Source of the DNA: Balanoglossus misakiensis
Lineage: Eukaryota > Animalia > Hemichordata
Direction of reading: 5' to 3'
Length of the DNA stretch: 64,000 nucleotides
Assembly: GCA_040954595.2 (NCBI GenBank)
Contig: CM082596.2
Location: 5,096,791-5,160,790 of the forward strand
Positions within the stretch are counted from its first letter, which is position 1, and each line of letters opens with the position of its first letter. A model generated the notes under the pieces. That model had not been told where the DNA came from and searched no databases. It saw nothing but the letters and a program-made list of their open reading frames with translations. The position numbers and the translations under genes are program-made. Below are positions 42,701-54,191 of this stretch, one piece after another.

Positions 42701-44877
42701 TAATTGCTGCACACTTAAAATGTCTATTTAATTGGCCTGTAGTTGATCCTCGATTTATTGACAACATCTGCTCCACCTATTTGCATAGATAAATGATTTC
42801 TTCATAACTGCACTAGAAAAATCGTCATCTGCGTCCCCGATTACATCAACACGGTTTTACCGGGTAAAATAATACTACGACGATATTTTTCATCAATGGC
42901 GATGTAAAAAAAAAATTCTAACTTTTGCCTTTGTGCCTTTTGGGGCGATAAAAAAATGTTGGCAACAGTAAAAATATTTCAGGAGAATTTCAGTTTTATG
43001 CTTAGTGTTATGAATATAAGCGTCATGCCACATGTCAGTAAGTCGCTTCGTTTGCAGGACTATCATTTTCCTTGAAAATCTCTCACCAAGGCGCATACTA
43101 CAATAAATCATCAATATCATTTTAATTCTACCATGGTTAAGCAACTGATTGATATTTGAATTAAGAACGTAGCACAGTAGCCGATAAGGGTCCTTCTTTG
43201 CCAGACCATTGTTTAAAAATTATTTCGATAATAGTTGTTAAATGTAGCCACTATATTCTCCAGTAAAATCAGCTTGAGATCGCTCGCTCGCTCGCCCGTG
43301 CGATGCGAGTTATTTGACGTGACCTTTGACAGCAGGATGATTGCATATCCCCACTGCGGTGTACTGTTGACGTGTACGACAAGCAAAGTTTAATCGAAAT
43401 TGCAGGCAGCAATGCGACGACACGCGAAAATGTGGTGGCAAGTAAGCCTATACACCCATGGATTAAAGCGAACATTCTGTAAAACACAATCTCACGATGT
43501 ACTTCTCAGGACGATTTCCGTCGAGACGTTTTCTTCCCCGGGGGAATGTCAGGACAATTGGTCTCTCTTATATATTAAAAAGTGACGCAATGGCGCGCAT
43601 TTTTTGTCGAATTCCGCGAACATTTGCTAATTCGATTTACACATATCCTTCAACCAGGCAGCACATGTGATATCATTCAAATCGACTTATTTCGACTTTG
43701 TCAGATTTATAATACAAAGATCCTGATAATTTTACGTCACGTATCATGCGCGCGCGTTCAGTCATAATTCCCAGTACATTTCCTAACGCTGTTGCTACAC
43801 ATTGAATTATTTCCAAGGCAGTTTTACCAGAAACGCCAGCTCTCCACAAATGGCATGGCATATTCAACGGTGGCTTACCACTCCCTTGTCATAATTTAAA
43901 GGCCGGCCCTCCCGGTACACTGCTACCAACCATGACCCTAATATTTAATATTAGATCTCATTAGGATCGTGTTACAGAACCTTGTCGATGGGTATCTACT
44001 TATCAACGTGTATTCTTGTAGACAAGTGATTTGAAATGTGTGCATTTTTAATGCAAAGAGAAGATATCTGACAGGTTTGGTTTGGACTCTAAAGGTCAAG
44101 CCGCCCTGAAAAATTACAAGTCAGCAATGCTTGGATATGGGAGCCAGAAATAGCGCATTCGATGCCAGCACATCGATCGTTCTTTTTTTTTCTGTGGAAA
44201 AGGAACAATGACTATGATATTCAACAACAACAAAAAAATATATACCAGATCGATCGTTACTCAAGTGTTTTCGTTCATGAAAAAATCTTATCTTTGCGGA
44301 ATTTCGGCAATGACGTCACTTCGGCACGGTGACGTCACGCAATTTTACGCGTACGTGCTGTATGACGTTCGTGAATAGCGAAATAATCGCTGCTACTAAC
44401 GCTAGACTCGACCGCTACGGGGATAGACTACAGGTATATAGGGGTATCAACCCCTCGTTTTCATTGATGCCTGCTGAGTCATCGATTCTCTAAGTTCAGT
44501 CCTTGGGATTAAAGAAAGGCGACTGATAGTGGTTGGAGACGTCATATACTTAAGATTTTTTTTTCTCCTTACGACCGTCATTTGCCCGAAGGCGTAGATT
44601 GGGATGCGTTGCAAGAATTCGACCTTTGATGGTCACGTGATCCCTTCTGAAATGAAACTGGGGAGTGAAATAAACTGGGATTATTGCGCGTTATTTCGCT
44701 GCCTGTTATTCGGATAAAGCCATCGATTATTTCCAGTGTTGTTTTACACCCAGCCTCTTTTTTGCGAGAGATATCGACTGCCCGCCCGCCGCACAAATGG
44801 AGTTGTGATCAGCATGGGTGCGTGCGTTAAGCCACTCCGGCGAACCGCAGCTATTCCAGCCAGCAGTCGTGACGTCA
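33745..44877. promoter_or_regulatory. Cluster of 8 perfect CRE palindromes (TGACGTCA) upstream of the Ly6/uPAR gene
   Basis: Sites at 33745, 34976, 37800, 38302, 39428, 44311, 44330 and 44870; I found only one other (63231) in the remaining unique sequence. Function is inferred. Confidence 0.5.
35408..35468 (+). CDS. Candidate alternative first coding exon encoding a signal peptide (MFPCRILLVVAVAAVYLLTT), phase 1
   Basis: ATG, basic residue, hydrophobic core, then CAG/GTGGGT donor. Same phase as the Ly6 exon at 47234; GC-box-like (GGGGCGGGG, about 35267) and TATA-like (about 35307) elements lie upstream. Confidence 0.45.
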
Positions 44878-45087
44878 TACTGCCTGCTCGGTTTTTTTCT
44901 TCTTGTCGTCTCGGGTCCGTTGGAGCATTTCTGCTATTGCGACGGGGATCAGAAGCTTCTTCGCACAGGGGCACGGAGGATATCGACCTATTTCGACGGA
45001 TCTTTTTTTTCCGAGGATGCCCCGGAAGAATGACAACTCCTTGTCGGTGGCGATTTACATGACAGCGTGACGGGTGACCCGCAGACC

Positions 45088-48000
45088 ATGGTCTTTTCAG
45101 GGACAATCATTCTGCTAACGCTTGCCCTTCTGGACACAAGAGGTACCGTTATTAACGTTTTCGATTCCACCCAGCCGTGAACGGTCTTGCGCGATACACA
45201 GAAACGCGTGTGCATTGAAAAGTAACAATTATCGACCTCTATGTAGAATGTTACGATCTTTTTTTCCCCTGTAATTTCGATTTTTTATGCGTTAGGGCCC
45301 CTGTCTGCAAAGTCTGAACTAAATACTGAAGATACCAGTTGGAAACAAGGTATTTGGTTTATGCGACTCTTGCTACTGTATATTTCTAGGGCGCTCAACT
45401 TGCCTCGTAAAGCAGCGATCAGGGCGGTCTCATTCAACTATACAGGGGGAGGGCATGGCGCGAGAAAGTCCACACCCTCTCAATCGTTCATTTGTTAGAC
45501 GTATACATGTATACGTGCATTCACATAATTCGCTTACTTGAGCATACGTGACGAAAAGAACACGTTTTGTTTGGAAAAGTAAAACAAAACAATAACTACT
45601 ATACTACGGATTGCACGTGAGACATACGTGACTTTTTTGGGGGCAAAACGTGACGCTATGGACATATAGGTTGCCAAGGCTGTCGTTCGCTCAAGGCATA
45701 CATCTGGAAATCGGTCGAGCCAGATTTGTTGATGTACGTTTAATTAAGCACTAGCGATAAATATCTCGAATGTGATAGGTTCCCACACGTCAACAATTCA
45801 ATTTTCTTTTACGCAAAACGATGGTGTTATAAGCCTTTCGCGGTGAATTTCTTTTCTAAATAAGAAAACGTGTTTTTCTGGGGGGGGGTTGTTCTAGCTC
45901 CTCAACGTGGCAGTCTAAACGGTTAGAAATATTTGATTGATTGAAACACAGACTGTATAAAGAAAGACACGTTCATGGTTTGAGAATGCTTTTTATATTC
46001 CCTTCTTGAGCCTTTGCAATTGCGTGTAATATAACGTCTCCTGTCTCGGCGAGCATGTATCGATCGCATTAGATAGATAGACGCCGCTTAATTACGCATG
46101 CACCGTCGCAAAGAATTTGAATATAGCGGACACTTTGCGATTCCTGGTGCCTGCCTGCCATACAAACCGCCGAGTTCGGTTCAGTTGAGAAAGTGACAGA
46201 TGTGAAATTTTAGGTATGTCGAGAATTTGATCTCAAGAGAGATACAGTTGCTATATAAATGAATCGTGTTACATTAACCCGATGGACACTAAAAAAAAAA
46301 CCGAAACATATATATTGAGTGAGGGAGAGAGAGTCATACATACATTCATACATTCATACATTCATACATACATACATACATACATACATACATACATACA
46401 TACATACATACATACATACATACATACATACATACATACATACATACATACATACATACATACATAGTATGTACAGAGAGATTCTTGAGAATTTCGCTAA
46501 TATCTTTCCTCTCAAACTTTGTTTACTTAACGTAAGTAGCTCGGCTAAATGCTATAAGAAATTTCAAGTGATGTTTACTTGGCTCAGTGGCACCTGTGTC
46601 TTAGCAGTAATTTAATAGTATTTGGCTGCAGGCAAGTGCATTTCTGCGTCAAACGAGGTGCTGCAATATTGTCTGTACAGTTTTTCAGAACAACCGGATT
46701 TCAGTACGTCATGTGTACGACGTGTAATTACGCAACCAACTGACAAGCTCATATAGGCAGCTGTCGATCGCAGCCATCCTCGGCCAGTGTGCTATGCACG
46801 TAGTTTGATTGATGTCAGGCAGAACGTAATTAACTCCAGAGAAGAGGGAGAGAGAGGAGAGAGAAAAAAATCAACGTAAATTGAAAACGTCTGTTTGATG
46901 AGTTACAACGTGACAAGATGTCAGTTCAAGAAATGACCCGAGCAGCTTTATATCGGGCATGGGTATACACAATCGTACCGAAGTCGGCCACATTTGGAGA
47001 CTTAGAAAGGCTCTCTGGGAATATGTGGTACTACTTGGGGCCAATATTAGAAGAATATTTATTGGAAGAACGAATTCTGAAATGAAACTCTGTATGAAAC
47101 TCCTCAACGATCTTTCATTAAAACGTCTGGAAATTTTTCGCTTTTTTGGAGTTTTTCAGTCAATCATGTTGTGTCATCCAATTTGTTAGCATTCCACTGT
47201 TCTCATTTGATGAATTTTCCCTCTGCCTTGCAGTTACTTGTTTGAGATGTCACCACTGTGTGGAAGTTAACGACAGCGGTGAGTGTCAAAACTCCAGTTT
47301 GGTGGAATGCACAGAAGAGCAGGACACGTGTCGAACAGTTACTACATGGCCAGGTAATACCTTCATTCATTCATTCATTCATTCATTCATTCATTCATTC
47401 ATTCATTCATTCGTTCGTTCATTCATTCGATCTTTCTTTCTGTCTATCTATCTGCATATGTCAATCAATCAATCAATCGATTAAATGCACGGATGAATGA
47501 TTATATGAATGTCTCTCTTTCTCTCTGCAATATTTCTCGACAGATAACAAGCCCCGTGATATGGGACTGGTCAAATCGTGTGCTTCAACGTCGGAGTGTA
47601 GAAATTCCGACGAGGCGGGCACGCCCATCTGCTATCCAACCGAGGAAGGCTGGGCGTGTGTATACTGTTGCCGTGACAACGACTGTAATAATGGAGGGGT
47701 TGGAACGATAGTCCGGCCTCCGCCTATTCCACCAGTGCCTGAGCCTCTCGTGCAGAGGCTGGCCGGGGACTGTGGTGCAAACTCCCGCTACTGTGCCACG
47801 TCAGTTACGTGGTCGGGTACGTGTCCAGTAAAGTCATTTCTTTTATAGATACATATTTTTGGACTCTGTATTTTTGTACGCGTGGTAATATCCGTATTAT
47901 AGATAGGGGAAACTGTGCTAGATTATGAAATGTAAAGCCAGTATTTTTTCCACCAGCGGTTTTTGCATTGTACAATTCGAATTCAAGTCCGGACTGGAAT

Positions 48001-48437
48001 TAATTTGTCAACAATAACGATGGCCGTTACACACGCAGGCTACACACATACAGGCTTAGTGGACAAGCTGGGTATATTAGCATGCTGTTTGAAGTAGACC
48101 AAGAAGTTGCATTTGGTACACACAACAAAAGTACTGGAAATCATGCCAAAAGTTACAGCTAGTTTCCATTGAATGTCTCTTATGCTGATTTGTTTCAGAC
48201 GCAGACAATTTTGTATCAATCAACAAATTCTGCAGCCGACCAGACACAGGAAACTATGCAGTTACAGGACCAGCGACATCGTGTGACGAGGAGGACAATC
48301 CGGATTTTTGTGTATCGTGTTGTATTTCTGAAATGAACACTTGTTTCAGCAACATAAATAGCGCCCCCGTGGTAGGGACTGTGAACAGTTGCGCATACCT
48401 GCTGACATTCGGAGTGATCTACTTGTCGATCGTATGA
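45088..48437 (+). CDS. GPI-anchored Ly6/uPAR (three-finger) protein, 228 aa; exons 45088-45142, 47234-47353, 47544-47816, 48199-48437
   Basis: Signal peptide MVFSGTIILLTLALLDTRVTC; LU domain LRCHHC...CVYCCRDNDCN; Pro-rich linker; second partial LU domain ending CVSCCISEMNTC; hydrophobic C-terminal tail AYLLTFGVIYLSIV*. All introns GT-AG, phase 1; AATAAA at 48981. Confidence 0.88.
46338..46466 (+). repeat. (TACA)n microsatellite, intronic
   Basis: Direct reading; source of the HTYI-repeat ORFs. Confidence 0.97.
47362..47478 (+). repeat. (TTCA)n and (TCAA)n microsatellites, intronic
   Basis: Direct reading. Confidence 0.93.
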
Positions 48438-49197
48438 CGTCGTCACTCAAATTTTTTATCGTTTTCTTGGATTTCCACATTTTGTTGTTCAATCGAGTGT
48501 AGTGTCGACAAGATAGCACCAGACAATCTTTTTCTACCTTGATAATTAATAATATTAATACTAATCTTAAATTTTTAATGTAAAAGTTTTTTGAGTTTTT
48601 TTCAACTTTGACAACGTCTATACAAAATTCATCGTCTATCACGCCAAGTGTGATATACGGATCCTTTGCCAATATCGAATGAACTTGATTGAATAGAGTG
48701 ATATTAGGAACTAAGTACAGCGCGGGTTTTGTGTCTCTTCAATAATGATTGTGTTAATATAATCAGGACAATTACGATACCCACAACGACGACAAGCAAT
48801 ACTCTGTGTACAGGTACATTATTTAAACGGTTTATATTTTTATAAACCGGAAAATCTTTGCTATGCAAGAGTCTCCGAGCGATCCGACAACATTAAATGA
48901 GAGCAGATCCTACCCGTTGTGTAAATTAATGCTTTTTACATTTGTAAGATAGTGTATTGACCTTTTTCTTTACAGTTCTGAATAAATATTAAATGCTGGG
49001 TGTCTTGACCAAGTATATTATTATTACCTTATTAGTCTTATTATTATATTAGTCACCCCATTTGCCTTGTCTGAGTAACGGTATTAGCCACCCCATTGCC
49101 TTGAGCGCCGCCAGCGGCAGTACTATTGTTAACCTACCTAAGGAGTCTGACCGGTTCAACTACCTGCCTAGCCTCCCGTTGGATCTACTTTCGGTCT

Positions 49198-49232
49198 TGC
49201 GCATGCTCATTTGGTTCAATAAAAATGGCGGA
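49198..49232 (+). promoter_or_regulatory. Probable zeta-tubulin promoter elements (NRF1-like TGCGCATGC, YY1-type AAAATGGCGG)
   Basis: Motif matches in a CpG-retaining patch about 440 bp upstream of the ATG. Confidence 0.4.
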
Positions 49233-49662
49233 CGACTTAAATATGGCAGATGGATCGCGTTTGGGGTAGTCGATCGTTACTTCAATGTGTTGTATGCCCA
49301 AAATGAATCACAAGTCACATTAGAAAGTTGCTTCTAGTACTCGTACTTATATATTTCATTTTCCACAGATTTCACGGGTCAAATGCCTGTGGCAGTGTGT
49401 ATTTCGATCGAGTCCGAAAAGCGCCTCTCACTGGTCTCAGAGTCGTGATACGTTTGGACATGTCCAGCGTGTAAACCAGTGGTTTCCTAAATCGTTGTAT
49501 TCTTGTCGGCAAATCATTGACACCCCAAAGAAATTGAATTTAACACTTTGTCCAGTTTTAACGTGATAAAGTCATAATATGGCTGTGAATTGGCATTAGT
49601 TCACACTTGCCACACGGTGTGATATATACATGTATGACCTTTGACCTGGAGCTAAGCCTGAA

Positions 49663-52600
49663 ATGTCGACAGTTTTCGTACAAGTTGGACAGTGTGGCAA
49701 TCAGATAGGACAAGAGTTCTGGAAGATAGTCAACAAAGAAGTCCATGAAACACGGTATGTTTGATAACTTTGGTCTTTCATGTTACAGGATTGTTCAAAC
49801 TATCCCTGGTACTCATTCATTCATTCATCCACTCACTCACTCAATCAGCCAGTTAGTCAGTCAATCAATCAATCAATGAACATGTAAGCCAAGGGATGGC
49901 ACAATATACAAAACTACAAATGCACCAGAAAGCTTGGTTGTGAAGGGCACCGAATCCTCGTTAAAATGTATTTGACAAACACTGTGATTATACAAACCCT
50001 GTCTCTGACTTTTGCCTAGTATGTTACAGTCAAAGTAAATTTTTTCCCTTCACATTTTCAGTCCCGCATTCCACGCAAGAGATGCCAAAGTCAGGTCTGT
50101 CAATGTCGACAGTGAACCCAAAGTTGTCAGATCTGTGCTCAAAGACACCAAGAAAAGGTTTGTACAGAAATCACATCTCTTTGTGGGGGTTAACACACAC
50201 TGTACTTTTGAGAAGTCATAGTTGATGGTAGGACTATGTGCATGCTTTACTACAAATCAAGGTCACCTCGTCCAATTTGCCCCATGCTGAGGACACACTT
50301 TCTCTGGCACGATTTAAGCCACCAGTATTCCACCCACAGTGAAAATATTTGCCGAAAACACCAAAAACCACAGACAAAGATACCCAATACAATGTATTAA
50401 AATCGTGTTTTTTTCTGACACTGTCACACATGCTGACAGACTCAGAGAGAGTATCACTTCTAGATTGCCATAATACCACTCATTGTGGTTTCGTTCTATT
50501 TACAGCTGGTTCCGTGAATCAAATCTGATAGTCGGCAAGCAAGGAAGAGGAACCAACTGGGCTCTAGGTAAAACACAGTTAAAGTGTCATAGTTACTGAA
50601 CGAAAAATAGAAATCTGCCACTGTGGGGCCAAAATGAAAATGCGAACTTGAAAAGCAGATTTCGGTTACGTCCTGAACCGCTTCTTTTTCTAGGCTATTA
50701 CGGCTCCAAACAAGAGCGAGAGGACCCAGAAAACTCTCTGCTGAATAAAACTCAAGAGTGTTTGCGGAGGGAAGTGGAGAGATGCGATAGTTTTTCAGGC
50801 ATTGTGATGGTGCATAGTCTCAGTGGAGGCACTGGCTCAGGTATGTACATACAGCTACATGCAGTGTGTTTTATTTTTGACATGTGCTGAATGCCGATAG
50901 AACCGTGCAAGAAAGCCTCACTCAATATGTAATAACCACTAGTGCGCGCGAACTGTTGTACTCAAACTGTAGCTAATTTTGTTTGATGAAAATTTGACTA
51001 GACATGTGACCCAGGCTGAAAGGAGTTGAATGCAATTTTTTTGATGAATTCGTCAAAAAAAAAGCACTCAAAAATGTTACCGCGACCTCTGCTCATTGGC
51101 ATACCAGTGTTCAGAGATGTGTTAGGAAGCAGATAGCTAAATTGTATCTAGAGTAGGTGAGTGATTTTACCTGGTGTTGGTCTGATGTCTACACTGCTGG
51201 GCGATTCCACTAGCTTTCGGCTTCTGTGTCTGATCTGTTATCCAAGTCTGTGCATCATTTCATCTGGCCTGGTCACATTCATCATATTACAGAGGAAGCA
51301 TTGGTTTTCATGAAGTTGAGATAATATCTCTTCCAGATTGCTGTTTCATCTGAAAAGGAAATAAATTATCTAAGTGAAACTTGCGATCATTCGCTCGCAT
51401 GTGAGAGAGCATTAAAGCCAGTATAGGAAGGAAACCAGAGTTGGATTTGTGTGACATTTGTCTGTCATGACACCATCACTTGTATTGATTTGCTTTTAAA
51501 GTTTGACTTCAAACTTTAAATGCAGTTTCTGTCTTGTGTTCCCAGGTCTGGGGTCTCATTTATGTGAAGTGATACGGGATGAGTATCGGATGCCCTACAT
51601 GATGTCAGTGGTTGTCGCGCCGCACAGTCTCGGAGAGAGCCCTCTACAGCACTACAACGCGTTGCTGTGTCTCTCCTGGCTCCAAAGGTAGTGTATCTTT
51701 TATTCCATATTGATGTCAAATGGCACATTGTCGCACAGTATTGTCGACCAGTCATACTCCATAAAGTTTTACTGCACCAGCGTAAAAGCAGTGTCTCTTG
51801 AAGGCGCTGTCCATGGTTCTCTTTTTTATTTCTGCCCATGGGAGATTATTCTTGCACTTGCAGTCTATAGTCAGATCTGAGTAAAGCCGAGATAAGCCCA
51901 CTTTCTTCTTGATCAACAGATACGCCGACTCAGTTGTTCTGTTTCAAAACGACAATGTCTTGTATCGGTTGAAGAGAATGATGAAGAAGACAGACACTAG
52001 TAGCATCTCTCTTTACGACATGAATTGGCATATTTCGTCCTGTTTGGCCAGTGTCTTTCTGCCCATATCGACGCTCACACCACCAAGGTGAGTCAATTCA
52101 TCTGATTCTTCCAAATACAACAAACAGCTGATATACCGGTAGCTGTTTTTCAGCCAGATCTGTGCCAATGAGGGACTCGTCATTTATTTTTTATATTAAT
52201 GTTTCTCTCCTGATTTTTTTTAAGTGGTGTACCAATAGGAGCTGAGCCTTGGGAAATGGTCAGATCTGTGTGCCCTATGCCGTCCTTAAAATTCAGTTCA
52301 ATTCACCACATATCCAAGAGGTAATATCATCCACAAATGTTGCTCTAATTGATCACTTTGTACAATGTCTGATGTTTAAAGGAAGTTATTGAGGGAGTGT
52401 TCTAAATATTTGTCGACCATTATGTTTATGGCAGCAAAACCTTTTGGAAGACCTAATCAATGAAGTAATCTTGCACAAAACCTTTTGGAAGACCTAATCA
52501 ATGAAGTAATCTTGCAGCAGCAGATACAATCTGTAATATAAATTACCATTTCGCCACCACGAAGTTTCTATAAATTGACACCATCAACCATCGTGAAACA

Positions 52601-53769
52601 TCACGCTTTTACGTCATGTAAATTTGCGATTTTGTTCTGTGATACTTTGTATTCGCCATCTAAGAAAATTGTTGTATTTTATGGATTTTATGATTTCGTA
52701 TGTAAGCACTGATTCTGATCGTTTCATCTGCGTTAATCACACAGCAAAGCATCATGGGAAAGTATGTGCACATCACTTCTTCACACAGTGCCAAGAAAAA
52801 GCAATGCTGGAGTGAATGTATCCTTTTACTACAAATGAGACCTCGGTGAAAAACATAATGTGCATTGGAGGATGTACTTTGAGAACAGCCCAACTGATCC
52901 ATTTCATGTCTAATCTTTAACTGGTACTCGCAGTATTCCTCATTGTCTAGCATAGCTGTTGTCAGGGGTGACAGCACCAATTCATTTTCCAGACAAGCCA
53001 GGCTGGTTGAAGACAAAATAAAACATGCCTGCCATTTTGTGGATTGGAATCCATTTCCTGTGGACTTCTGGATTGGTACGTTGATCATCAAATTTAGTTT
53101 TCAAACCATATGATCTCCTTACTGCTCTTATTATATAGTTAAAGTTATACAGTTATATATGGGTTAAAGGGGAGTGTTTAACAGTTTTCATGACCATGGG
53201 GTGTCTCTCATATTTCATGTGGACCCAAGTGAATATCTATGATTGGCTCAATCTTTGTGTCTATGGTATTTGTGGCCAAATTTGAAGTATAACAGTTGCT
53301 CATTCGCCATTTTTATATTGATCAGCTTGGTAGCTTGGAAATTGAATTAAGTAAGCAACATCCGGCAAGTGAATTAAAAACAATTTTTGATCTCACTTTC
53401 ATTTGAAATGCAGGTAAGAAACATCCATCGGCACTGTCTGGTACAGCTAGCATGTCATTGGTGACCAATTCAGATTCTTTCATCGACTACACTGAGCATG
53501 TTTTGAAGAGGTCGAGAGAGATGTACGACGCCAAAGCCTATCTACACTGGTACTGGAAACATGGCTGCCAACAGGTCAGTGGTTTTTCTGTTGCAGGAAT
53601 TTTATAGTGAATGAGTACCTAACTTTCAAGCACGTGTTGACTCATACAATGTTGAACAGTATTGGTTTTTGATCATTTTTTTTCGTATCATTTGCAGGAC
53701 GACTTCGGTGAGAGTTTCGAAACTCTGCAGAGTGTTGTGAGTGACTACAGGGAGGCGGTGAAGTCATGA
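49663..53769 (+). CDS. Zeta-tubulin (often auto-annotated as delta-tubulin-like), 414 aa; exons 49663-49754, 50062-50157, 50506-50567, 50694-50840, 51546-51687, 51920-52087, 52225-52320, 52745-52811, 52934-53075, 53414-53574, 53698-53769
   Basis: Tubulin motifs VQVGQCGNQIG, VDSEPKVV, GRGTNWALGY, HSLSGGTGSG, GESPLQHYN, WNPFPVD and KAYLHWY. SGGTGSG, GRGxNW and ESPLQHYN fit zeta rather than delta (AGGTGSG, GSGNNW, EVIVQNYN). Exons sum to 1245 nt in frame. Confidence 0.9.
49812..49877 (+). repeat. Compound tetranucleotide microsatellite (TTCA/TCAC/TCAG/TCAA)
   Basis: Direct reading; tubulin intron 1. Confidence 0.85.
52435..52516 (+). repeat. Perfect 41-bp tandem duplication in tubulin intron 7
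   Basis: CAAAACCTTTTGGAAGACCTAATCAATGAAGTAATCTTGCA occurs twice, at 52435 and 52476. Confidence 0.95.
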
Positions 53770-54191
53770 ACTGAGTACGTACCCAGGCTGTGGTCACACA
53801 TTGCAAGATGACAATGAAGGACCCACACTGCCATTTAACACAGTTGCTTCACATAGATCCATGATGACTGGTTTAGAATCTATTATCGCGAATGTGAATT
53901 TTTCACTGGACAGTTCTGAAACTGAGATCGACAAACCCAATGGGAGAATTATGCTATTACTGATCTTATGCCACTGCTAATTGTCATGTTGTTTTAATAT
54001 GTCAAACCTCAAGCCAGAACTGAGAATATCCATTTTGATTAAAACCATCAGGAATCTTCTTTCGTGAGTATATGAATACTAGCATGTTTATTCCAATACA
54101 TTGCTGATTCCATACAATACATTGCTGATGTAAATTGCATTTTCAAAGAAAAGAAATAAATATTTTTTTATTTGTAAATCAAAGCAGTATC

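Noticed and set aside
33656-44800. Short ORFs such as 33744-34079, 39335-39769 and 41637-41909
   Set aside because: No recognisable domains, overlapping ORFs on both strands and no consistent exon chain.
53861-53926. ATGATGA...CTGA as a C/D snoRNA or SECIS element
   Set aside because: Lies in a 3' UTR with no clear terminal stem or recognisable guide, and the tubulin ORF has no internal UGA.
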